Shown piece after piece: positions 12,555 to 25,256 of a stretch of 64,000 nucleotides of DNA. Source of the stretch: Penicillus capitatus (taxonomy: Eukaryota; Plantae; Chlorophyta). Under the pieces are notes generated by a model. It was not told the origin of the DNA. It did no database searches and worked only from the letters and a program-made list of their open reading frames with translations. Positions within the stretch are counted from its first letter, which is position 1. Every line of letters starts with the position of its first letter. Both the position numbers and the translations under genes were made by a program. Where the stretch lies: positions 796,786-860,785 of the forward strand of contig OZ287702.1 in NCBI GenBank assembly GCA_965649825.1, given 5' to 3'.

Positions 12555-14262
12555 ATGTTGCGATCTCGCTTCCTTCAAATTCTCCAAACGCTTTCAGGCG
12601 CGCGGAGCTCTTTGGCTTTCTGTTCGACTCTTGCCGAGGCCGCAGCGGCCACCAGGGCCGAGCGCTCCGTCCCAACGATTTTTGACAAGTGATTCTTTCG
12701 ATCGTCTTCCCTGTTCCAAACGCACGTCGTGTGTAACAGATCTTTGAAAGCGCGCCATAAGGAGCGAAGCGCTTTTGCCCTTTCTAATGGCACAGAAGAG
12801 TCTCCGTTCATTCAAGGAGTGATCTCACACTTGTTGGGTCGACTCGAAGACACAACTAGGACATTTAAACGTGTTCTGCTCCTCGGAAACTACCGTAAAT
12901 TTTCTTCCACCTTTCGGTCACGATCATTCATCCCTGTTATGTCTCATATAGCACATCACTCTCTCGAAATGTTACCACGATATAAGGTCGGGATAGAGGA
13001 GGTACTCTTCGTCAATCCGAGTCAGACTGAGCGGCGGACAGCAGAGGTGTGGCCAATGACCAGCAACTGCGGTTTCAACTAACAGATTGCAAGGATCTCA
13101 CTTCAGCTGGCATCACCGTGCAGACATTGGAGGGCGATGATGAAGGACTGCCTCTGATCCCTGGATCCGTCGATCGTAAGTAAGGGAATCGTTTTCATCT
13201 ACCTACCCTTCTGTCATGATTTCTCGATCACTCGTCTGGGAACGATGATCCAATTTGATGATCGTTTTTTGTGGATAGTGGTGATCAGCATTTTGTCGAT
13301 GCACTGGATCAATGACTTGGAAGTGAGTCCCGATAAAAATAAATCCATACGTTGTCTCTCTTCCATCAGCAACCTAAAGGTCCCCACTGCAGTTTGAGTT
13401 CGCTCGTTTGGCTTCTCAAATTGACAGCATGAACCGAGAAGAATGGACGGTTGGACATCTTTGTGCCATTCAGCAAAGGCGCAAAGCTACATTCCGTTGC
13501 ACATCGTCTGTCTTTAACGCTTTGTGACAGGGATCGCTGCTGCAGTGTCGTCTGGCTCTGAAGCCGGATGGCCTGTTCTTGGGAACCATGCTGGGAGGCA
13601 CAACGCTCCAGGAACTCCGCACCTGCCTTGCTTTGGCAGAACAAGAACGCAAAGGCGGCGTCTCGCCCAGAATGTCACCCCTCGTGCAAGTCATCCATCC
13701 ATTCTCCTTCGCCCGTAGGACACTTGAGATGGCCTTTTTGAGTAGGTGAGTGATGCCGGGCAGCTGCTGACGGATGCTGGATTGAAGCTCACTTCAGTAG
13801 ATGTGGACAATGTGATCATGAAGTACAGAAATGCATGGGATCTCATTCAGCACCTAAGAGCAAGATCTGCATTCTCTCTATGCGATGCCCATTCCACAGC
13901 ACCAGGTGATGGGAGAGAGCAACGCCTGCGTCCAAAGACAACCTATGCTCCATCTCGATACTGCTATGGCGGTAAGCATCACGTACTTCATGCGCAGCTT
14001 AGAGAAATCCAATGCGACCTGCAGATGAGCGCTTTGTATGATGCAAAGTACAGTGACGAAGATGGATGGATTCGAGCGAGCTTTCAGGTGTGTTATGCAC
14101 ATGAGTGTCGTTTCGGAGAGATAGATGGCGATGCAGGTTGTCTACATGATAGGCTGGTCTCCAGATCCAGGCCAGCAGAAACCTGCGCAACGAGGATCCG
14201 CACAGGTATCGCTAGAAGACTTGGATGATTTCGCCGCAGAATGGAAAGAGATAGAAACTTAG
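12555..14262 (+). CDS. NDUFAF5: Mitochondrial complex I assembly factor NDUFAF5-like SAM-dependent methyltransferase/hydroxylase
   Basis: Presequence [11 protein letters not shown]...; [88 protein letters not shown]. Confidence 0.92.
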
Positions 14263-14408
14263 TAATGATAAAGGCATCTCTGATGCTCACATGCCAATCA
14301 ACAAAAACCTACACTGTGAGTAGAGGTGTACAGGAATAGACAGATGAGCATTGGGTTAAGGGAGGTGTCCCTCAGAGAACCGTTTAAGTGTAATCAGTGT
14401 TCGGCTGT

Positions 14409-16161
14409 CTAAACAAGACGAAGCATGTTCAAAACTGCATCCTCCACTCGGCGCCGCAGCAGTTCCGATTTGAGTTTCTGGTTGATTTCTGACCCGAAGG
14501 AATAGACCAATGCACGACGTGCCGATTCCAAGTCAATGCCTCGTGCCCTACAAATCAGCCGTCTCTGATCCTTTCCCAAAGGCCACGCAAGTGTTTCTAC
14601 CTGAAGTAGAATACCTCATCGTCTGAAAGATCGGACACGGTGCAGCCATGCGTGCACTTCACATCGTCCGCCACAATCTGAAGGTTGGGCTTCACGTTCA
14701 CCGTTGCCTTGGGTGCCAGAAGCAAATTGCGGCTCAACTGTCCCGCATCTGTTTTCTGTGCGCGACGATTCACCTAAGAGAGATTCTCGCTCACGGTCTG
14801 CCTGATCAAGAATTCTTCACCTGGACGTTGCCATCGAATACTCCGGAGCCTGAGGACGACGTGACAATACACTTGTGCAGCTGGTTGACGGTGCCCGAAG
14901 AGTGATCCAGAGTGACTTTTGAATGCAAGTCATGCAGCTGTGTATCGCCTGACAGATGAAAGTGATACATCTCAGTCTCTGTTTCATCTCCACTCTACAG
15001 CCTGTCACATCAAAGACGGAACCTTCATGGACCAGCCAACCTGTTCGATGTCAAGATCGTGTCTGGAGAGCTGTCCGCCGATGGTCGATTCCACTAGATG
15101 ATAATTCGATTTGGTCGATTGACGGACGAGGGTGGTTTTCATGTGATAGCCAGATGGACCATCGAGCTGCACGTAATGATGGAAGAGCTCTGCGTTTTCG
15201 TCAAGTTCGATCTCACAGACGGGAAGAGAGAGGTGTGCACCCGAAGTACCATCCAGCATCACGAACTCTTCTACGACCTCCAGACGACTGCCGTTCCGAC
15301 ACTTGATGAAAAGACGAGGAGCTGATACATGAAAATCTTCGCCATCCCCTAACGAGATCACAGACATCCAGCGTCTCTCAGCACAAGAGTGAGACCTGAC
15401 GAGAGATAGACAATGTGTAGAGGCTGTGCGATCTGGGTATCTCTGGGAATGTCGAGACAGAGGGCGTCCGTAAACAGTGCACCATTCAGCTTCGCAAATG
15501 GACCTCCTCTCGCCGACGACTGAGCACCCTGTAGAAAACCAGTCCTTCTTCTTTGTCAGTCGAGATCGATTTCGCCTGACCAGGAGGTCCAATGAAGTGG
15601 TCCTTTGGTTTGTGTCCTGGATGCATTTCTTCAAATCGTCGTCCAGTGTGGTGACCTTCCACTGAAGGACGCCGTTGAGAATGATAACTCGGTTTCTGCT
15701 GTCTTCCTCCAACAACAGTCCATCAATGGCACTGTCCTCCACAGCCACTGTTGTATTCGCTTTCTTGACGGGGGCTTTGAGAATTGGCGATATATCAGTG
15801 AAACGAAAGGTCTCTTCTTGAGTTGTTGGCATTCGAAGTGTGCTCAATTCCTGCAGGCTTTTTTCTCTGATATCGCCGAAGACATTACTACAGGACGCGT
15901 TTTTTCTCCCGTCGTCTAAGAATGCAACAGGGAGCACTCACCTTTCTGCAGAAAGGCAGTTTTTGAGGAGACGCGAAATGAAGCGATCTTCGACCTCTTC
16001 TGCACGTATTCCATTCCCGGTTGCCTTCCTTCGCACCGCTCGACGCCCATCGACCCCACCACGAATCTCCGCTACACCACAACCTCGATCATGTAGGAGC
16101 ACGCCAAACGCGTGTCTGAAGACTTACGACGTGCGATTCGGTTTGGAATGGAAGCCATCAT
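14409..16161 (-). CDS. SUFD: Plastid Fe-S cluster assembly protein SufD
   Basis: Transit-peptide-like start; LRMPTTQEETFRFTD, APRLFI, LEVVEEF, QIVADDVKCTHGCTVSDL, FYFRARGID. Confidence 0.92.
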
Positions 16162-16426
16162 GCGCAATGCTTTCGTTGGCAATCACATACAACACACTGC
16201 CCACTCTCCTGTCCAATGTATTCGCATTCTTCAAAGCGATGCCGGAACAAGTTAAAAACGTTGTCTTCTGTGCCAGCCAATCAAACAGGCGATTCTAGTA
16301 GTCTGCAGATCTTGTTAACGAGCAGGATGTATCAAACATGTCTTGTCCCAGCAGCGTGATGGGACGTCAAGCCGCGCGCATGATAAAACAGTCCAACCGG
16401 CCTGGCAGGACATTATCGACGCGGCG

Positions 16427-18725
16427 ATGGTTGACCTCACCTGTTTTGCGAAGATAGGCGAGGATGCCCTTAATCGTTTCTTCGGAAGGGTGCAGTTTCT
16501 CTTCAACTTTGCCACTGAGAAGTTTGTCGTTATCAAAGACTGGCGCCTCGTAACTTGTGCCGACCGTGGCGCACTATCGAGTGAATGTTCTTAGGGCCTC
16601 ATTTTGAGACTGCTACAAGTTGCTATTATCATCTACGTGCTAGTCGATGTCGTCAGCAAAGCATCTTACATGCTTCAAGAGGTCCCCATGACAGGCCGTC
16701 TCTGCCGTCATTTAACCGTCGAGGCATAGGTGCCAAAGGGAGTCGTCAGTCCAGTGGTGCAAGTGAGGGCCGATGAACGAAGACAAATGTTTCAAGATCA
16801 GCGTGCTGTAAGACTAGTCTTTTTGCCTGTCCTGTCGTCAATGACTTTGTTGTGTTGTCTGGTACAGCAATACAACAACGATAGCCTGCCTTACTGCGCC
16901 AACCCGGAAAACTACACCTACATTTTCGGAGACGATAACTTTACAGGCTTCCAGTAGAGAATAACAGTAAGAAAGGACACAAGAGTGATTGCATGTGTTT
17001 AGATGTTTGGTGATGGATGTCTTGGCAAATCCTCAGAAGGGAGAGACGAAGTTCTTCATCACCACCTACATGCGCATCGACAAGCTCTACTACGTCGACG
17101 TGCCAAAGCGCCAGGATTGTCCAGATGCGGAAGAGATCCCCGCTATCGAGCCGAATGCCACTGCACTCAGCAACACCCCTTTCTTTGGTGTCTGCGTCTT
17201 CAGCAGCGTCGATCAGTACTTCACGATCGATCCAGAAGCAATTCCAATCGTAATGGGCCTTACACTGCAGGGACATGTAAAACTTCTGTTCTGTCCCTCT
17301 AGACATTCATACACTCCTACTACACATCCGTCGTAGACAAGAGCGGCTCTGTTCCGCAGACCGTCGTCAAAGCGGAAAACTACGACGGAGGAGAGCTCTG
17401 GGCTCGAGACGGAGATCCTATACGCCTCAACACAAGGGATTTATTGAAGATCAGTGGAGTGGATTTGGACAAACGACTCAATGAACAGCCTAACGGCCAG
17501 GGACTGGACACCGCGGCTAGAGACGATGAAGAAGACTTCTATCCTTATGCCCGCCTCTCTGGAGTCACTTTGATCATGACGTTCAAGTACTACACCCGCG
17601 CACTGGCTCCTGGGCGCTTCAAATGGACAGCGGGAGAGAAAGCAGGAGACACCATCTGCGTTGTCGAAGTCACTCCTCAGCTCACGTGGTCATCTCAGGG
17701 ATCAGACATTCAGCAGTCGATCAATTATACAGACGACCCATTCTTCATCAACCCAGAACGTGAGCGTCGTCCCTCGAACGAAACAGAATCTCTTCTGGAA
17801 GGAATCCAAGTGGATTACCGGAGAAACGGCATTGAGCTCAGATTCCAAGTCTCAGGTCAGACATCCTATTCCGTCAGACTTAAGTGAAACTGTGTTGCAG
17901 GAAACATGGGACACTTTGACTTCTTCTCCCTTGTCAATGCACTGGTGGCAGGTGCTGTGCTGTTGGGAGTGGCTCAGTTGATCGTAACATATGTCGCGAT
18001 GTATGCACTGGGTCTGTCTTCTGAACTCTACTTGGAATACATGAGAGAGTCTGTCAACTGGAGAAAGGAATACGCACGCTTTGCTGCTCAGTCTCTGGTT
18101 GCCGGTTCGACCTTCATGAAGTACGATAGTAATGAGTCGGATGCTCTGGATCGGAGGGAGATCTATAAATACCTAATGGAGATCTTTAGCGGAGACAAGG
18201 AAGAGGCTAAGATTCTGGACCGTCAGCAAGTCGCATGTCTTACAGATTTCTTGATGCGACACGGAGAAATGAAAACAAATGTATCAAGAGGAAGATTGGA
18301 AGATGTGGGTATACATCTTCTGCTACCACACGCTTACTTTTGCTGTTGTAGGTGTCAGATGTGCAGATCAGCACCATCAATATGGCAGAATGGGTGGACA
18401 TCTTCACAGAAGAGAAAGTGCAGATCAAGTCTCTGGCGCGTCTGGTGAACAGCGAGTACAAGGATGAAAAGGTCAAAGACGTCCTTCTCGCTCTCGCAGA
18501 GGTATCGCAAATCGAAGATTCGGTCATTTTGTTCGAGCTGTGGACATGAAGGGACGGGGTCTGCGTTCTCTCACGGGAATTGGAAGCGATGAATTTGCAA
18601 GATTGCAACGCGAAGACACCCAAGCGGCTGAACAACAACTCCTTAACACTGAGGAAGGGGTAAGCGCCGGCTCCGAAGCCCCGATCATTCCGAAAGAAGG
18701 GGTAAATGTAATTTTTTATAAATGA
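16427..18725 (+). CDS. P2X: P2X receptor-like cation channel with C-terminal EF-hand-like loop, copy 2 (spliced; 3' end may extend to about 19025)
   Basis: FNFATEKFVVIKDWRL; ectodomain nearly identical to copy 1; YRRNGIELRFQVSG-NMGHFDFF; TM2 SLVNALVAGAVLLGVAQLIVTYV; loop DSNESDALDRRE at 18125-18160. Confidence 0.85.
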
Positions 18726-19152
18726 CTGACTTCGTGGGGGTACATGCGATTCTCTACAAATGACTCCGTGGGATTTCTGGCTTTTTTCTTCGTTCCTTGC
18801 TGTCGCAACCAAAATCGAAACTCTCTCTGACGTGACTGTTTGTTTAGGGATCTGGACTGCGTTCGGATGGGAACCAATGAGACGGACCCCGCAGTGGATT
18901 TCCATTATGAAGCAGAAAATCACCTGGATTCATCATCTGCTCACACATGGCCACATTCGCAGCCTTCATCTATGTTTGTTTCCGATGGCATCTGTTATCA
19001 CATTTCAGCGAACAACCGGCTATAAACGCATTGTGAAAAGTGGACGAATCCGTTAAGCTCAAATGACAAGCTCTGTTCTGCAACAGCCTAGTGTGAGCAA
19101 TGTGACGAACGCTACATGCTGACGCATGAATCTTCAGAAATGCGCCGTTTTG

Positions 19153-20490
19153 TCAGTCTGACAATTCCGATGCGTTCTCCGACTCCTCTTTATCAAGTTC
19201 CAATGTAGACTCGACCTCTTGCTCCACTGCCTCTTCCTCCTCCTCTTCATCCATTGGTAGACCGGTGTCTTGGAGGACTTCATCTGAATACGATACCTGG
19301 CAGACAGACACGGATGTGTTTCTAGAAAAGAATAGAGCGCTGTGGGAACGCACCTTGACCATGGCAGGCCGCAGGAGTCTTCCTCTGATCGTAAAGCCTT
19401 TCCTTAGCTCCTGCAACACGGTTCCGTCTGGTAAGTCATTATTCAGCTCCCTCAGCATCGCATCGTGAAACTCGGGATCGAACGGTTTCTGATCGCAGTC
19501 GATCACTTCTACGCCCAACTGACTGAAGAGATCGACCATCTGTCGATAGAGTCCCTAACCCGCAACGTTGCGGCCTCAGCAAAAGAAGACTGACACAAAA
19601 AGAGACCGAACCATGAAATTTGTCACAATAGCTTCCTCGCTCTCGTTCTGTGGCTTGATCTGCGTTCGGGCCAGTTCAAAATTGTCAATCATTGGCAGAA
19701 GCGCCTCGATCACATCGCCCTTTGCCACATTCCTTAACTGTTCTCTTTCGCTCTCCTGCATCGATCGATGATTTGATGCTAGCAATGGAATGCGCAGATA
19801 GTGAACATACAGCTCTCTTTCTGAAGTTATCAAAATCGGCATTGAGACGAAGATATTTAGATTTGAGTTCTTCCATCTCTGCCTCTGTCATCGTACAGCG
19901 TTCCTCTGCATCACTCTTGGCACTCAGTAGCTCATGGAACCCCTGTTGCACCTCGCCAATCATCTCCTCCTAAACACAACCATTTCTCGGTCACTCTCAC
20001 ATAAGACCCGTCCACTCAAATGACCGTTGCCGCATCGGACTCTTTCATTTTCTGAAGAATCTCGGCACACGGACCGCTATACTCGTCGCCGTCACCGGAT
20101 ATCTCTTCTTCTTCTTTGCTGCTTCGCCAAGTGCATGCTGAATAAGACACTCGCAAGGTGGAAGGCGCTCACCTCTCCGTTTCTTCTTCTGTTTGTTTCT
20201 CTTCATCCACGACTGTCTGATTTTCGGGATCCTGTACAGCAGACCCCATGATCCCTTTCCTTCGTGCACTCAATACTTACTGCAGATCTGAGGAGGATCG
20301 GTGTTCTGCGCGTTACAGTGCCGAGAATGGGGAACCGTCCAGTCCGGCAGACAGTAATGGGACCCGTGTTTCGGCCACCGCGCAGAAGCGTGCCCTTCGC
20401 AGCCCGTGGGCAGTCCATTCCCATCACATGTCTTCGTAAAGTCTGTCGCGTTAGAAGATCAGTCGAACCCAACACACGTGACACGCGCAT
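19153..20490 (-). CDS. GRPE: Organellar (likely plastid) GrpE nucleotide-exchange factor
   Basis: KYLRLNADFDNFRKR, IEALLPMIDNFELA, FDPEFHDAM, VLQELRKGFTIRGRLLRPAMVKV; Arg/Ser-rich transit peptide from ATG 20490. Confidence 0.93.
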
Positions 20491-20638
20491 CGCGACAGAC
20501 GAACGCAGAACAGAACCCTCGATCGAACACGATGACGTTAATCATCATCCCGCAGTTGATGCACGATGGCATCATCTCTGTGGGTGGGATCTCGCATCGT
20601 TTCTCCCACGTTTCTGTCGGATCTTGTGTCGATTGCCG

Positions 20639-22015
20639 ATGGAATCGCTCACAGGACGCTTCTCTTGCTATCGACTTCTCTCCAAGAATGCCGTGTCGAT
20701 TCCATCAATAAGAGGACGGCGAATTGCCCGCTGCAGTGTGGCGGAACCTGATTCGCCAAACTCGACTGGACCCGTCGTAAAGGAGATCGGAATCAGTACT
20801 CTCCTGGGAACATCGCGCAGAGCGAATGAAGATCGTTACGATTACCAGGCAGGCCCATATGACAATCATCTGCGCCCAAGATGTGCTTGTGGATATGTTA
20901 GTTTGTGGAAGATGAAGGAAAGGTTGGCGAAATCAACGCCTACGCTGGAGTGTTTGATGGACACGGTATAGCACCAATGCGCAAACTCTCGATCAAGATT
21001 ACAGGGATCTGTTCTGTTAGGTGGCGATGCCGTTTCTGAGAGATTGGAAGAGACGTTCCGAGAAGAAGTTACAAAATTCTGGGACAGTGAGAATCCAGAA
21101 AGGGCGATTAAGAAAGCCTATACCGAAATGGATCGGCAACTGCTGCAAACGCCTCCGGGTTTCTTCGGGATGTTCCGTGAGAGAGGCGTCGGCGGAGCCA
21201 CATGTGGTTCTACGGCTGCCACGATCTGCATCTTCAAAGTCTGCCTCACTTACCTCTCACGTCCAACGGCCATCGATCCGATCGAATGGACAGGACAAGA
21301 GTGGCACACAGAAGATCTTAGCTGCTAACGTTGGCGATTCTCGCGTCATCCTCGTCCGTGACGGAAACGCTGTGCAGTTGACGAAAGATCACGTTCCAGA
21401 TCTGTACGGTTTCGCGTTTGATCCCTCTTTGTGCCGTGGAGTGGGATCGTGATCGCTTAGTGAGGAAGAGAGGGAGAGGATCGAAAAGGAGAATCCAAAT
21501 CCCAGAATGGAGCTCGTGCGATATGTGAACGGTGTTTGGAGAGTGGGTGGCGTTCTTGCCTTGTCTCGTGCGTTTGGCGATGCCTACCTGAAAGCCAATT
21601 TAGACTTTGAGGGCGTCGATTCTGGCAGTGATTACAGGACTGGATTTGGTGTCATTGCTGAGCCCTATGTCTCCGTGACCGATCTCAAAAGCACGTACAA
21701 ATCATGCATGCCTGTACCAGAGGCAGCAACATGCCGTGGCATCTGTAGAAGGCGATACGTGGCTAATGGTGCACACTGATGGACTGAACAATACAGAGTA
21801 TCGTGGCGGCGGCAGTGGCCTGACCAATGAGCAATTGGCTGGATTCTCTGCTCAAGACGGTGTGTTCTGTACAAGACTCGATCTGCAGAGTGACGTTGTG
21901 TGATCTTGTAGAGGAACAGAGTGCCCAATCTCTGGCAGAGAAGCTCGCAGAAGAGGCACAAGAGGCAGGAAGTAGTGATGACATCTCTATCATTTGCATC
22001 AAACTCAACACTTAA
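20639..22015 (+). CDS. PP2C-family protein phosphatase, probably plastid-targeted
   Basis: NEDRY, YAGVFDGHGG, CGSTA, AANVGDSRVIL, LTKDHVPD, VGGVLALSRAFGDAYLK, GSSDDISII. Confidence 0.92.
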
Positions 22016-22977
22016 ATTTCTTTTGTGTCACACAAATGAGCTCAGTATTTCTTTCTGTTCTGATGTCTCCAGAGGTCTTAGCCCACAGGACACAAGTTTC
22101 AAGCGTCCCTTATACAAAATATCGATCCGCATTCTAGGTAACGAAAATGTAAGGCATCAGAACAGGAAAAGAAAAGAAAAGATGGTGTTTGTGGCAGTGG
22201 CGAAGTCATCATACCTCTATGGGTGACCGTCTGGTCCACTTCCGAAACAGCCGTACATAAGTATGCTGAATGCATCACCCTCAGCCAAGATGGAAAGCTG
22301 CAGAAAAGAGACTACCCACCAAAATGGTGTCCATTACTAAACGATGTGACAAGATCCCCCGCACAAAACATGCCCAACCAGCCCTTACATCATGGTAGTA
22401 GAGATCATAGGAAGACCAACATACCCCCTGCATTACTGGAAAAGCTCTGAATCGGGCATCGGATGAGTGACACGTTCATTGCACATAATATCTCTTGACC
22501 CGACATTGCTTGTGAATCGAACGAACGTTATGTCATGCTCCGGGAGGAATCAAAATAGCGAATAATTTCTGAACAGTCCGTCGTCTGTCTATCTGCCTGT
22601 TTGCAGTATGATCGATTGTGAATTGTACTTCGTCATGCGTTCCACCTCATTCCGCACCCAGCAATGGTAAATATGAAGTCTGAGCAAGCAGCTGATGAAA
22701 CGCAAAGAATCGAAAGAACGTAAACTGCCATGCCAGCCTTATTCCACCCCGAGCAATGCGCCCCGAACTGTTTGCAGTCGTTCCCACTTACGACCAGAAT
22801 AAGACCGACGTCAATTATGTGAAAATTCTATTGTGTTCACTCAAATCCACATCTAGCACTTGGTTTGGATACACACAGGAAAGTGTGTCCTACCTCAGCA
22901 ACCCAACAAAACAGTCTTGGCCAGGAGTTCCTGTCCAAAAAATGGCAAAAAGGCATATCAGTGTAGAAGATGCTGAT

Positions 22978-23520
22978 CTAGAAGGTCTCAACACTCCGAT
23001 ACTGTTCTCCGACAAATGATCTTGCAGAGCGCACAGATAGAGTAGGGGGAAGCAGATCTTCCAGAGCCCCACAACTTGAACGAGCCGCATATCGGCGAAA
23101 GAGTGACTTGAAGGTCATGTCCTTCTTTCCAGATGACGCTGTGAAGGAATTCGAAGACGGTTCGACTATCGGCGCAGAAGTGGTCGAGAAAAGCGCCGGA
23201 ATTCGCTGCGGCGTCGGTGCATCTTCAACCAGTGCCTGCTGCAATTCCGCTGCGCGTCTTCTGCTGCTCGAACGCGTCTTCTTCTTCCGTCTCGACGTCG
23301 AACAAAGGTCCTTGACTCGATTAAGCGGCCGCTTCACTTCTTCGTACTGTACATGCTGTAATAATGCCTCGGCTGTTTGTTCGCGTACGCGAAGGACGAC
23401 GTGTTGACGAATGTCTGCACATTCGCGCTCAATTTCGTTTAGGTAACGCAGCGATGTCACTGCCGGGCGTGACTTTGCCCCGCGGCTGGACATAAGGCGA
23501 TTGCTGCTCAAAGCATTCAT
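22978..23520 (-). CDS. Hypothetical protein (about 180 aa; 3' end uncertain)
   Basis: Long ORF with protein-like composition and a basic RRKKK stretch; no recognised family. Confidence 0.4.
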   Translation of the reverse strand: MNALSSNRLMSSRGAKSRPAVTSLRYLNEIERECADIRQHVVLRVREQTAEALLQHVQYEEVKRPLNRVKDLCSTSRRKKKTRSSSRRRAAELQQALVEDAPTPQRIPALFSTTSAPIVEPSSNSFTASSGKKDMTFKSLFRRYAARSSCGALEDLLPPTLSVRSARSFVGEQYRSVETF

Positions 23521-23732
23521 GTTCGAGAAGATGATGTTGCCACAAAACACTGTGGAAGTGAAAAGGATGTGAGACAAGAGAGGTGGAAAGAGAAAGCGCG
23601 AAAGTGAATGAAAAGCGCAATGTCAGCGCACTTAACCGAATGACGTGTGGCAAGCATTGAACGGGCAATACATCGATGCATCCATCACAGACATCTATTA
23701 GGCGACCATTACGCAACATTGCCCCCTGCTGA

Positions 23733-24878
23733 ATGGACCGAGATGCCGCTCCGTCTCCTGCCGCGTCCGCTCTCGAAGAGAAGAAGGGAGAAGAGAAGGG
23801 AGAGCAAGGAATGACGTCCGACGACCTGCTGAGGCAGTATGCGGGACAAGATATGGATGCACTACTCAAGGCAAGGGAATCGGTCCTGACAGGACTGCTC
23901 TGTGGCCTATGTGTGGACATACCTGTGTTCTTTGACCGACAGGAATTTTTCTCGGAAGTTCGGCAAGTGGATAGAGACAATGAAGTGACGCGTGTCATCT
24001 GGGCGTTTAAGATTAATCCCTACGAACAGCTGAATTTGCGTTTTGATGCTGCCGATGATGAGGTCCGGCGACAGTACAGAAAACTCTCCCTTCTGGTGCA
24101 TCCTGACAAATGCTCACATCCTCAGGCACGCGAAGCCTTTGAAAGTGCGTTATTGTGTAGGATCGCTCACATTCTATCGAGCCTTGTGATCTGTTTTTAG
24201 TTCTGGGCGATGCACAGAAGTATCTATTGAACGAGGAGCGAAGAAGACAGTTACAATTTGGCCTCGATGTTGCACGAGGTCCACGACTCATGTCACTAGT
24301 GCCCGCCCTCATTGCTGACAGCTGATTTCTGCTTTACAGACGAGATCCGAAAAGAGTGGAAGAAACAGACGAAGCACGACTCTGCTGTGCGTATTGCTAG
24401 TGCGCTCCATGACGTTTGTGTTACCACACAGGAGTGTCTCTGGTCATGATGCGGTCGTGCTGTGCAGGACGGATTGTCGGGGATCCAGGCAGAGTACGAA
24501 GCGACAGATGCTTTTCATCACAAATGGAAGATGAAAGCACGGGATGTGTTGGCGAGAACGGCATGGCGAAAGCAACGCATTGAGAAGCGCATTCGTGAAG
24601 AGGAGACGCGTCTAGAGATCGAAGAGAAGGAAGAACGTGCCGAGCGCAAAGCCAAACGCAAACATCATCACGATTGGGAGAAGAGTCGAGATCAGCGCGT
24701 GGGCAGTTGGCGCGATTTCATGAGCAACAAGAAGAAGACGGGCAACAGCAGCAAGAAGAAATCGAAATCGATCGGCGAAATGCGGCCGCCGCCACTGAAG
24801 ACGCATGATGAGGATAAGCTCTATGTACAGCGCTGTGCCGTCGAGCAGTTTCGGCCGGCCAATGGCAAAAAGACTTAA
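23733..24878 (+). CDS. DNAJC8: DnaJ-domain protein, DNAJC8/SPF31-like
   Basis: EFFSEVRQVDRDNEV, FKINPYEQLNL, YRKLSLLVHPDKCSHPQAREAF (HPD motif), WEKSRDQRVGSWRDF. Confidence 0.92.
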
Positions 24879-24906
24879 TACATGATCATCATCATCATCC
24901 TCGTTG

Positions 24907-25256
24907 TTACTTCCATGCCTCTCGAGTCAACAGTTCCTTTGCCATGGTCGTCACATGTGGATGGGGATAATGCGTGAGTCTCTCGACGAATTCTTGAAGG
25001 CTGAGTGCTTCGAGGTGTTCGCGTTTGCACGGATGATGCAAGAGATGGTAGAGATTGATACGGGCCGTCTCCGTCGTGCCGCGCGAGGCTCGACCCGATT
25101 GCCACTCGCGGACGATGCAGTTGAGAATCTCCCGAATCTGTTGGACTTCGTGAAAGCACTACAGATGTCACGCACGTCTCGCTGAGATGGGCGTCAAATA
25201 AATCGAATTACCAGCGATGGCGAATGCCAAAAAGACGAAATATCACCACCATCCAT
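24907..25256 (-). CDS. Small two-exon protein (98 aa) with TFIIS N-terminal/LW-like helical motif
   Basis: ATG 25256, 15 codons, a 53-nt GT-AG intron, then an 83-codon exon ending ...LQEFVERLTHYPHPHVTTMAKELLTREAWK*. Absent from the ORF track. Confidence 0.55.

Noticed and set aside
12555-16161. Functional clustering of NDUFAF5 and SufD between the P2X copies
   Set aside because: Different organelles and pathways; the adjacency is explained by ordinary gene density and local duplication.
16946-16997. Apparent in-frame TAG in the P2X ectodomain (GFQ*) suggesting readthrough
   Set aside because: The TAG lies in an intron whose donor is CA|GTAGAG; splicing gives ...FTGFQCLVMD in both copies.
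24904-25185. Plus-strand 93-aa ORF after DNAJC8
   Set aside because: It is the antisense shadow of the better-supported spliced minus-strand gene at 24907-25256.
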